This document shows positions 11,114-19,854 of a stretch of 64,000 nt of DNA, one piece after another. Source of the stretch: Diplonema japonicum (lineage: Eukaryota > Protista > Euglenozoa: Diplonemea); NCBI GenBank assembly GCA_964019335.1, contig OZ025729.1, positions 248,001 to 312,000 on the forward strand, written 5' to 3'. Below the pieces are notes generated by a model. That model had not been told where the DNA came from, did no database searches, and saw only the letters and a list, made by a program, of their open reading frames with translations. The position numbers and the translations under genes are program-made. How positions within the stretch are numbered: the stretch's first letter is position 1; every line of letters starts with the position of its first letter.

Positions 11114-11950
11114 ATGTTCTCGAAGCGTGAAAGGTTCCCGTTTCCCACCGATGTCCTTGGGAGGATAGTGGAGTACATGGACTTCTTGGACACTGTGAGG
11201 TGCAGCAAGGTGAGCACTGTGTGGAGGCAGTGCATGGGGGACATGATGGGTGACAAGGAGTCTGCCTTCATGAACAAGCACTTCAAAGACTATGAATTGG
11301 AGTCGTTGAAAAGTACTACAAACTGGGGCCCCGTTGTTGACAAGGGTGACCCGACAGACATCAATTCCAAGGTGACAATGGTGGGGACAAGAGGTTGTGG
11401 ATCATCAATTCTGGTGGAGGCACTTCACACAGAGCAGCCAGTCAACATTAGGGAGTATCGACCGACAATAGGGGTTGATTTCAAGGTAAAGACACTCATC
11501 AACCCTGAGGCAAAGCCTCCTGTGACCCTCGGCAAGCTGCAGCTGTGGGACAAACCGGTAAAGAAAAACGACTTCAGAGCACTTTGCCGAATGAAGTATC
11601 GCCTGAGCAACATGCACCTTCTTGTTTACAACACTTCCTGCGGTTTTGAGAATTTTGTGAACGAGCTGAAGAACGACGCAATCTGTGCACCATGCATTTT
11701 GGTGGGCACGATGTGTGACCTCCCCCCCAACCCGCTGACAGCCAACTTCGCCTGCTGCCTTGCACATGTTTTGCGCATCCCTCATGTCAGGACATCGGCA
11801 GTCACAGGGGAGGGCATACCCACGTTGTTGGAGCTCGTGACCGGGCAGTGTGTAAGGGTTGCTTCCAAACGGCGACTCGCTGTAGGTGGCACAACTGAGG
11901 AACAGAAGCCTGAAGCACCTCAAAAGAAGAAGCTGTGCAGTGTTCAGTGA
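11114..11950 (+). CDS. F-box + Rab-like pseudo-GTPase with polybasic CaaX, copy 5 (intact, 278 aa from ATG 11114)
   Basis: Same architecture; G1 GTRGCGSS, IGVDF, KLQLWD, TMCD, KKKLCSVQ. Confidence 0.9.
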   Translation: MFSKRERFPFPTDVLGRIVEYMDFLDTVRCSKVSTVWRQCMGDMMGDKESAFMNKHFKDYELESLKSTTNWGPVVDKGDPTDINSKVTMVGTRGCGSSILVEALHTEQPVNIREYRPTIGVDFKVKTLINPEAKPPVTLGKLQLWDKPVKKNDFRALCRMKYRLSNMHLLVYNTSCGFENFVNELKNDAICAPCILVGTMCDLPPNPLTANFACCLAHVLRIPHVRTSAVTGEGIPTLLELVTGQCVRVASKRRLAVGGTTEEQKPEAPQKKKLCSVQ

Positions 11951-11976
11951 CACACTTTCTTTAAGGCGACTTCTTA

Positions 11977-12815
11977 GGTGACAAAGAGTCTGCCTTCATG
12001 AACAAGCACTTCAAAGACTATGAATGGGAGTCGTTGCAAAGTACTGCAAGCTGGGGGTCCGTTGTTGACTGGGGCAGCCCGACAACCAACATTTTCCAGG
12101 TGACATTGGTGGGGACAAGAGGTTGTGGATCAACATGATCAGACTAGAACAGCCGCCCCGGGGCATCCTCTGCTCAACCCGGCGGACGTGGGAGGCCCTT
12201 CTTCGGAAGGTGCCAGTCGCTTGATCAGTGCCGTCGAATGCGCGCTATATTTTATAAGTACATATAGCAATCGATTGAAAGAAAAAGAACGCGTACCAAG
12301 AGGTTGTGGATCAACTAGTGGAGGCACTGGACACAGAGCAGGGATTTGTTTAAAGGAAAAGACACTCATCAACACAGAGGCAAAGCCTGAGATCCTCGGC
12401 AAGCTGCGGCTGTGGGAGCCGGCAGGCAAGGAGCACTTCAGAGCACTCACTATTGACTGTTCCAGCTTCAACTTCCGTCTCGGTCGTTTCAGCAACATCC
12501 ACCTTCTTGTTTACAACACTTCTTCCGACAGCGGTTTTGAAGATTTTGTGTACGAGCTGAAGAACGACGCAATCTGTGCACCATGCATTTTGGTGGGCAC
12601 GATGTGTGACCTCCCCCCCAACCCGCTGACAGCCAACCTCGCCTGCATATTTTGCGCATCCCTCATGTCAGGACATCGGCAGTCACGGGGGAGGGCATTG
12701 GAGCTCGTGACCAAACAATGTGTAAGGGTTGCTTCCGAACGGCGACGGCACAACTGGGAACAGCAGAGACGACTACAGAACCCTAAAAAGAAGAAGCTGT
12801 AAAGTGTTCAGTGAC
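11977..12815 (+). pseudogene. F-box-less copy 6 of the Rab-like gene, disrupted by a SINE insertion
   Basis: Begins at the GDKESAFMNKH codons, interrupted at 12135-12296, with frameshifts and TGC>TAA at the CaaX Cys. Confidence 0.8.
12135..12296 (+). mobile_element. Family A SINE, 5'-truncated, with 19-bp target-site duplication
   Basis: CAAGAGGTTGTGGATCAAC at 12116-12134 and again at 12297-12315. Confidence 0.85.
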
Positions 12816-13147
12816 ACACTTTGTTGTTTCACTTGAATTTTCGTCTTTTTTTGTTTGTTTCGATAATGAAATTGTTTTCTAGTTAAAAAAAGAATAGTGG
12901 TAAGCATTGTTGGGCTTACAGGTTAACCCAGACTTGTGGGGGTTTATCTTTTGCTTTTTTTTTTTTAAAAAAAGGGGGTTTTTTTTTTTTTTTTCCTCCC
13001 TGGCCTTTCTTATTTCTTATGACGACCGCCTTAAGAAGAAAAAGAAAAATGGAAATGCGGTATGCTTTTTTTTTTTAGTTTTATACCCGATACGACACAA
13101 AAAGCAAAAGGTTCTTTATTTTTTTTTTTTCCCCTTCTTCTTTTTTT

Positions 13148-13195
13148 TGGGCGGGCCGTTGCTAACCACTTCGTTCCTATCATAGTGAACTTTTT
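13148..13195. repeat. ~45-bp dispersed repeat D
   Basis: GGCGGGCCGTTGCTAACCACTTCGTTCCTATCATAGTGAA also at ~40603-40655 and 46811-46858, each time within poly-T context. Confidence 0.7.
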
Positions 13196-13749
13196 TTTTT
13201 ATCTGTCCCCCTTATTAAACTATACTCTAAAGTGAAAAAAAAAAAAAAAAAGAATCTCCCGGACTAACGTACTTTGTTGTTTGTTTCAATCAACTGGGAA
13301 TTCTTCTTAAACTGCACTTGCGAGGAGACCCCAAATGGTGTCTCCTCATCTAGCTGGACTCGTTTCCTTTTTTTTTTTTTTTTTTTTTTTTTTGCAAGAA
13401 CGAGTCTTTGACTTGAAACTAAACAAAAGGGGAACGTTGGCAACGTGTTTCGGGTTGACATCCTTCTCACGGCTCTAGACTGGGATGGCCCAATACGCGG
13501 ACCTCGAGTACCCCTCGGGTAGTACCCGTGCACCCCACCTCGTTTTTCAGCCACCTCGTTTTTCACCCCTTTTTATTTCACTTTTTCGCTTCTTTATTCT
13601 AAATTACAATATCATTTCAGCCACCTCGCGGACTGCGTCTTCGAGGAGTGCGACACCTCGCACGGTGATACAGCGGTGCACTGTGCGAGGTGTGGCGCTA
13701 AAGGGCAGAGGACATGTTTGTCCTCTCGCTGCCTTTTAAAAAAAAGCAC

Positions 13750-13784
<35 letters not shown>

Positions 13785-13911
13785 TGGAAGAGCTGCCAGT
13801 GTGTCAGCTCACTCTGTGTAGCATTCTTTTTTTTCCCCCAAAAACGAGGGGAAAAAAAAAAAAAAGAAGAAAAAAAAAGAAAAACCAATAAAAACAACAG
13901 GGTTTTTCAAT

Positions 13912-14898
13912 ATGACCCCGTACATATGGGAGAGCAGTATCGAAGGGATTCTAAAGAAGAAAAAAGCGGGCGGAAAGGCTGTGTACAAAGTACAGTGGGC
14001 CTGCGGGGAGGAAGGTTGGGTAGAGGAAGGCGACTTAGAAGAGGAAGGGTACTACTGGATGATGCACGCCTACGACGCGAAGAAAAAAGAAGACAAAACC
14101 CCTCGAAAACTCCGGAAGAAATACAAGCAAAGCTACGGGAGGATTGCTCCACTGCCTCCCCTGCCACCCCGCGAAGCCCCCTGGCCGACTCAGCCAGCCC
14201 GTACTCGCCTTCCACCACCCAGTGCCACAGTGACATGGGACTCCATCTTCTACACAAAAAAGCAACGGACGAAAAAACAACCCGCCGTAAAAATCCAAAA
14301 AATAACAAGAGCTGACGACAGATCAGCCATGTCGCTCGCACAAAACTTGCGTAGTAGCAGCCCTGGGTGCATGATGCTGGAGGCACCCGGAATGCTGGGG
14401 GATCCTTGGGAACTCTTTCCCGATCTGATCAGAGATCTTGTAAAGCGTTTCAGCCTTGCGTCGCACCTTCGCCCTACCAACGTTTTTAATGTCCTTCGGC
14501 GCGACAGGATGAAGGAATTCCAAAGGCGGTACGACGGCGAGGCTGAGATGGTTTTCCACGGAACGCCGACCATAGAAAACATGGACGGCATCATTTCACG
14601 TGGATTACGAATCCCAGGTGTCGGAAGGGATCCTGTCAGAATGCTTCACGGAGCGGTCAATGGGCAAGGTGTCTACACTGCTACTTGTCCGGCCGTGCCC
14701 AGCGGTTACTGTCGGGGTCAGAACGCCATGTTCATCTGTGCGGCCGCGGGGACGCACCACCGGTCGGGGAACGTTCGCGTGTACAGGGAGGCAGGTTCAG
14801 TGATCCCCGTTGCGCTCGTCTCGTTCGTGTACTCATTTTCCCCCGAAAGCTGGGACGGCCCTCCTTCCTTCCACAACCGCATTCCATGTTCAGAATAA
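13912..14898 (+). CDS. Chromodomain + PARP-like ADP-ribosyltransferase domain protein (328 aa)
   Basis: Chromo-like IEGILKKK...YKVQW...EGWVEEGDL; Pro-rich linker; ART motifs MVFHGT, GQGVYTA, SGYC, MFIC, VYxxxxSVIP. Confidence 0.8.
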   Translation: MTPYIWESSIEGILKKKKAGGKAVYKVQWACGEEGWVEEGDLEEEGYYWMMHAYDAKKKEDKTPRKLRKKYKQSYGRIAPLPPLPPREAPWPTQPARTRLPPPSATVTWDSIFYTKKQRTKKQPAVKIQKITRADDRSAMSLAQNLRSSSPGCMMLEAPGMLGDPWELFPDLIRDLVKRFSLASHLRPTNVFNVLRRDRMKEFQRRYDGEAEMVFHGTPTIENMDGIISRGLRIPGVGRDPVRMLHGAVNGQGVYTATCPAVPSGYCRGQNAMFICAAAGTHHRSGNVRVYREAGSVIPVALVSFVYSFSPESWDGPPSFHNRIPCSE

Positions 14899-15116
14899 CG
14901 CTTTTTTTTGTTTTTTTTTTTTTTTTTTTGTTTTTCCGCCACACCCCCCCTTCCAGTAATTTATTTTCGAACCTAACCCATAAAAAAAAAAAAGTCCGGA
15001 GGGCGGTGTGTGTGTGTGTGTGTTTTTTTTTTTTTTTTGTTCTTTTCTCTCTCTCTCTCATTCATTCTTCTTCGTGAAAATAAAGTAAAAACTAATTTCA
15101 TTTTTAAAGGTTCAAT

Positions 15117-15986
15117 ATGACCGCCTCCACCACATGGGAGAGCAACATAAAGGAGATCTTGAAGCGAAAAAGACAATCGGGGGACACGATGTACGAAGTA
15201 AGGTGGGTGTGCGGTAAGGAAGGCTGGGTTGGAAAAGAGACGCTAGAAGAGGAAGGATATTACTGGGTGACGAAAGCCTTTGAGGAAAAGAGAAAGTCAA
15301 GGGTGGTGGTGAACCCAACAAGGACACGGCCCGCAAGGGAGCCAAGGCACACCGCTCGGACCATCAACCCAACACCACCCCCTTGGATATTCTCTCCTGC
15401 AGCACCACCCCCTGCACCATTTGCGGCTAACAAACAAACAGTTCAAGAAGTAACATGGGAGTCTGTGTTTTACAAAAAGAAAAAAACGAAAAAAAAGATT
15501 CCCCGCACAATAGCACCACCATCGGAAGAAGCCTTGCAAGAAGAGGCAAATTCTCAAAGTGAATATGTTGTGAACATGATGGCTCATGCAGAGGTTGTCC
15601 CGCGAAGCATGCTTGAAAACCCGTTTTCCGTGTTCCCAGAGCTCATCAAAAATGTGGAGGAGGAAGGAATGGTCCTCACGAATCTCTTCAATGTTTTGAG
15701 GAAGGACGACCTGAAGCTGTTTCTTGCGCGGTATGGGCACTGCAAGATAGACATTAAGTGTATTTCGCTGTCGCAGTACTACGGATTTCCGGACGGGTTC
15801 TTCTTCGGTACACAGAACGCCTGCTGGCACCGCACAGGAAGGTCTGACATGCGGTTGATCTGTGCCACGCTGAACAGGGGGTGCGGTCCTCATCTTCCTG
15901 TCGCCATCGGCACCTATTTACGCAGCTGCGGGTCGTGCGCCCCTTCCGTTTTTCCAATATTTCACGACGGTATTGCTGCGATGTGA
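15117..15986 (+). CDS. Chromodomain + degenerate PARP-like domain, paralogue 2 (289 aa)
   Basis: Shares chromo region, VTWESVFY, PFSVFPELI, FNVLRKD and FHDG with 13912-14898; the HGT motif is lost. Confidence 0.75.
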   Translation: MTASTTWESNIKEILKRKRQSGDTMYEVRWVCGKEGWVGKETLEEEGYYWVTKAFEEKRKSRVVVNPTRTRPAREPRHTARTINPTPPPWIFSPAAPPPAPFAANKQTVQEVTWESVFYKKKKTKKKIPRTIAPPSEEALQEEANSQSEYVVNMMAHAEVVPRSMLENPFSVFPELIKNVEEEGMVLTNLFNVLRKDDLKLFLARYGHCKIDIKCISLSQYYGFPDGFFFGTQNACWHRTGRSDMRLICATLNRGCGPHLPVAIGTYLRSCGSCAPSVFPIFHDGIAAM

Positions 15987-16228
15987 TACGTACTCCCTCT
16001 CGTTCAACCTAACCTTTTCTCGGTGGGGGGGGGATGTTTTTTTTGCTTTTTTTTCATTACACACCTAACCAAAAAAAAGAAGAAAAAAAAGAGAGAAAAA
16101 TATTCGACCATTTGACCCCCCCCCCCCCCTCCCCAGAAACAATTAGTTTTATTTTTTATTTATTTATTTTTTTCGTTTACTCCACGTGCAATCCTCATAG
16201 GTTTTTTTTTTTTTTTTTTTTTTTTAAC

Positions 16229-17224
16229 ATGGCATTAACACCCGACAGTCCTTTGTGGGCAAGCGGTGTGAGTGGAATTTTGAAGAAAAAGAAAGCAGGT
16301 GGTAGAGTAACATACCAAATACAGTGGGTGTCGGGAGGAACAGAATGGGTTGAAGAAGAAGATCTGGAGGAGGAAGGGTACGTAACGATGCTGGACGATT
16401 TCGAGGAGGAGAGGAAGGCATGTGTGACGGTGAACCCGGTGCGGACACGGCCGGAAAAGGAGCCAAGACCCATCAGCATTCCAATCCTCTGTCCATGGAA
16501 TCTATACGCCCCTGCAGCGCCTCCCCCTGCACCGTATCATCCGACAAATGTTTACGAACCCGCTCAAGAGGTTCAAAGGGAAGTAACATGGAATTCTGTG
16601 TTCTATGAAAAGAAGAGCAAGACAAAGCTTCTCCAAGCTCCTGAAGAAAAGCAGATCAATCAGAAGGTAGCAAAGTTCGTAAAGGAACTTCGCAGTGCTG
16701 CGCCGATTGACTTACCTCATGGTATGCTTGGAGACCCTTATGAAGTGTTTCCCAATGGCTTTATGAAAGAGATTGAAAGAGTGTTTGAGAAAGATACAAA
16801 CTCGTGGTACTACTCATACCCAACTCATGTTTTCAATGTTCTAAGGAGGGACAGATTAGCTGAGTTTCTCAGTCGGCATAACAAAGCACGGCTCAAGATG
16901 GTTTTCCACGATCACGAGTCAGTTGCAAACTTTGGAAAGATTGTCAGTACTGGCCGGTACCTTCCTGAATATGGCGGTTTCACCGCATCTACGCCAAGTG
17001 CTCCGATGGGGGCGACATTCGCCATGACCCTCGTTTGTGCTGCCGTGGCAGACAGAAATAAGCGGAAAAGTAATCAAAGATGGGGTCATTTTGGGGAAAC
17101 GCAAGAATTCGTCCCTGTTTTTCTGGTTACGTTCACCCGGCTTTGGGTGACGTCGTTCACGAAAATACCTGCAACACCCCCCTGTGTCCCTGTGTACCAC
17201 AATGGGTTTCCCACCTCTTTGTGA
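16229..17224 (+). CDS. Chromodomain + degenerate PARP-like domain, paralogue 3 (331 aa from ATG 16229)
   Basis: Chromo region; MLGDPYEVFP, FNVLRRDR, MVFHDH (HG>HD), GGFTA (Y>F). Confidence 0.78.
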   Translation: MALTPDSPLWASGVSGILKKKKAGGRVTYQIQWVSGGTEWVEEEDLEEEGYVTMLDDFEEERKACVTVNPVRTRPEKEPRPISIPILCPWNLYAPAAPPPAPYHPTNVYEPAQEVQREVTWNSVFYEKKSKTKLLQAPEEKQINQKVAKFVKELRSAAPIDLPHGMLGDPYEVFPNGFMKEIERVFEKDTNSWYYSYPTHVFNVLRRDRLAEFLSRHNKARLKMVFHDHESVANFGKIVSTGRYLPEYGGFTASTPSAPMGATFAMTLVCAAVADRNKRKSNQRWGHFGETQEFVPVFLVTFTRLWVTSFTKIPATPPCVPVYHNGFPTSL

Positions 17225-17458
17225 CCCGCTCAATGCAAATCTAACCTCAGCTTTTGGTTCGGGAGTGCACACATTTTTTTTTTTTTTTTTGTTTTTTCCC
17301 AGGTTTCTTTTTTTTTAATTCTGAATCCGAATATTAAAAAGCTTTTGGAAAACACGGTTTACGGTTTTTCATTTGATTCGCTATTTTTTTTTTTTCTCAC
17401 AGGGGTTTTTCTGAAAAAAAAGCTGTCGAATTTCTTTTTTTTTTCCCCGGGCGTGCCA

Positions 17459-17500
17459 ACGTTGCACACTTAACGCCACTTAGTGCTGCAATCAAAGCCC
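17459..17500 (+). repeat. ~42-bp hairpin repeat E (probable LINE 3' terminus)
   Basis: TTGCACRCTTAACGCCACYTAGTGYTGCAATCAAAGCCCC also at 22618-22660, 34778-34818 and 39778-39820. Confidence 0.7.
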
Positions 17501-17756
17501 CCTCCCCCCTTTTTTTTTGTTTTTTTTTCTAGATTCGGAATAAAAAAAAAAAACCGTTTTAATTTTTTTTTTGCAGAAAAAGGGGAAAAAAAAAAGAAAA
17601 ACAGAGGGTGTGAAGCTTCACTCCCCCTCTTTTTTTTTTTCCATACACCCCCCCCCCCCCCCCCCCGCGCTTGTCTTCCCTCTTCATTCTTATATTTCTA
17701 TGGACAAAAAAAAATCTTTTTTTTTTCGTAAGGGAAAAAAAAAAAAGAAAAAAAAA

Positions 17757-18293
17757 ATGCCAGTGTCAAGTCAAGCAGACTTTGATTTCATCGACCCCTG
17801 GGTTTGGACCGCGTCGTCGGCCTGTGCGTTCGTGTGTTTTATTGTCATACCAGACAGATTGAAAGATTTAAACACAGCATATGCCTCGATGACAGCTATG
17901 ACAGTTGACGCTCAGTACACGATATGGTGGGTGCAGGTAGGGGAGTGGATATACCTCACGGTGGAATGGTTTGTGGAATTATTCACGGGCAGCCTGGCTA
18001 ATGTGCAAATTGTCTCTGTCCTCACCCTCATCATCCAGCTCGTTTCACTCCTATACGCAATATGGGTCGTGCACGCCAAGAACGAGCTGCACCTCCGCCG
18101 CAAGCACGACCACAAAAAAACCGACGAATATCGCAGGAAGATCCCTCTTATCCCGTCTTGGGGCCTTATGGCATTATGGATGTCTTGCTTCTGCTTCCTC
18201 TTTCACTGGGTGGGAGGCCTCACCATATTAATGGGTCAGGTGTACCCTGTGTTGATCTGCATCGGTATTATGTTGATGATATTTGTGCCTTGA
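17757..18293 (+). CDS. Small multi-pass membrane protein (178 aa)
   Basis: ATG after a poly-A leader; 4-5 hydrophobic segments. Confidence 0.65.
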   Translation: MPVSSQADFDFIDPWVWTASSACAFVCFIVIPDRLKDLNTAYASMTAMTVDAQYTIWWVQVGEWIYLTVEWFVELFTGSLANVQIVSVLTLIIQLVSLLYAIWVVHAKNELHLRRKHDHKKTDEYRRKIPLIPSWGLMALWMSCFCFLFHWVGGLTILMGQVYPVLICIGIMLMIFVP

Positions 18294-18555
18294 GAATTTA
18301 AAAAAAAAAAAAAAAAAAATACCGGGAGAGGGGAGGGGAGGGGGAGAAGAAAGGGGGGGGGGGGGGGAAAGTAAATTTTAAAGTAGATGTACATACACCA
18401 CAAAAAAAAAAAGAAGTGTTGATTAAAAAAAAAGAAGATAACATAATTTTTTTTTATCCCCCCCCTTTTTTTTTTCTCTTTTCCCCCGGCGGTCTTTGAC
18501 ATGTATTAAAAAAAAAAAAAAAAAAAAGGGTGGGGGACGAGTGGGGGGAAAAAAA

Positions 18556-19689
18556 ATGAACTCAGACATATGGGGGCATCGCCTACCCCCACGGCAGGCG
18601 CCCACTCTGCAAGACGTTTTACGCGAAATATCCCAAATGGGGAAGAATATCAGAGGAAGGAACGTCCGTCAAGCCATGGCGGGAAAGGTGATAGACGCGT
18701 TCATTCGAGGAAGCGGGAGTGTAAGCGACGCCAAGACAGCCCTGTCCACCCTCATACGTATGAAAAGCACATCAGCTGCAAAAGGACTGTTCGAAACCGC
18801 AACGAAAAAATTCAAAGCCGACGGGGAAATGCACGGGCTGCTCCTGACGGCTTACGCAAAAAGCTCGCTTACAACCGAGATCAACAGACATCTAAACACA
18901 ATGCAAGTACAGGGAATTTCCTTGAACATAACTTGCCACCGAGCGATCCTCAACAACATCTCACTGGTTCAGCCGGAATCCGCTGCGTTTACATATTTCG
19001 ACACGAAAATTCTTGCAGAAGGGTATCCTTGCGACCCGCAGTGTATTTTGTACCTAATGCGGGCCACGAAGAGCCCTGTTGTGTGCAAAGCTCTGCTTAA
19101 CAGCGTGCGGCACAGCACATTGTCTGCACATGATGCCGCTTATATGAAATGTTTGGGAGAAGCTGGGGAAGCTCGTCTTGCGTCGAAATTCTTCTTTGAG
19201 CATTGTCGCCATCCAAGCAGCAGGACTTTCAACGAGCTACTTCGCGTGTATAAAAAATCCGGTCAGCTGGGTCAAATTAGAGCACTTTTCTCCGAGCCTC
19301 AATACCACCGTTACATAGACGTGTCGTCGTATGTGGTGTACATCAGTTGTTTGGTGTGGGAAGCTGTTATTACCCGTGATTTTCGTGGTGCACTCCGCGA
19401 GGCAGATGCCATCTGGTATCTAGCGCATCATGAGAATTGCGCGACGACGCCTTCGGTGTACCAGGCGAAGCTTACGCTGCATTATCACGCGAAGGACGTT
19501 CCTGGTGCGGGTTCGCTCTTCATGTCGTATCTCCGGTACTTTCGTCCGAAGGCCATGACGCCTTTCATCTCAACCTACGCAAAGCTCCTCTGGAGGACGG
19601 GGCACCGCGACGATGCTATAAAACTAACCTCGAAGTACAACGTCACTCAGACACTCCTCAACCGGCACCAGCATTCAACCACAGAATAG
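18556..19689 (+). CDS. Pentatricopeptide-repeat-like helical protein (377 aa)
   Basis: PPR-like units such as ADGEMHGLLLTAYAKS, PSSRTFNELLRVYKKSGQ and DVSSYVVYISCL. Confidence 0.7.
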   Translation: MNSDIWGHRLPPRQAPTLQDVLREISQMGKNIRGRNVRQAMAGKVIDAFIRGSGSVSDAKTALSTLIRMKSTSAAKGLFETATKKFKADGEMHGLLLTAYAKSSLTTEINRHLNTMQVQGISLNITCHRAILNNISLVQPESAAFTYFDTKILAEGYPCDPQCILYLMRATKSPVVCKALLNSVRHSTLSAHDAAYMKCLGEAGEARLASKFFFEHCRHPSSRTFNELLRVYKKSGQLGQIRALFSEPQYHRYIDVSSYVVYISCLVWEAVITRDFRGALREADAIWYLAHHENCATTPSVYQAKLTLHYHAKDVPGAGSLFMSYLRYFRPKAMTPFISTYAKLLWRTGHRDDAIKLTSKYNVTQTLLNRHQHSTTE

Positions 19690-19693
19690 TGGG

Positions 19694-19729
<36 letters not shown>

Positions 19730-19854
19730 CCCATCAAAGATCATGCAGGTTTTTTTTTTTTTTTTTTTTCTTCTTTACACAGAGGAAGACCACCTCTTCC
19801 TTTTTTTTCTTTTCTTATTTACACTCTCTCCCTCCCCCCCCTTTTTTTTCCAAA

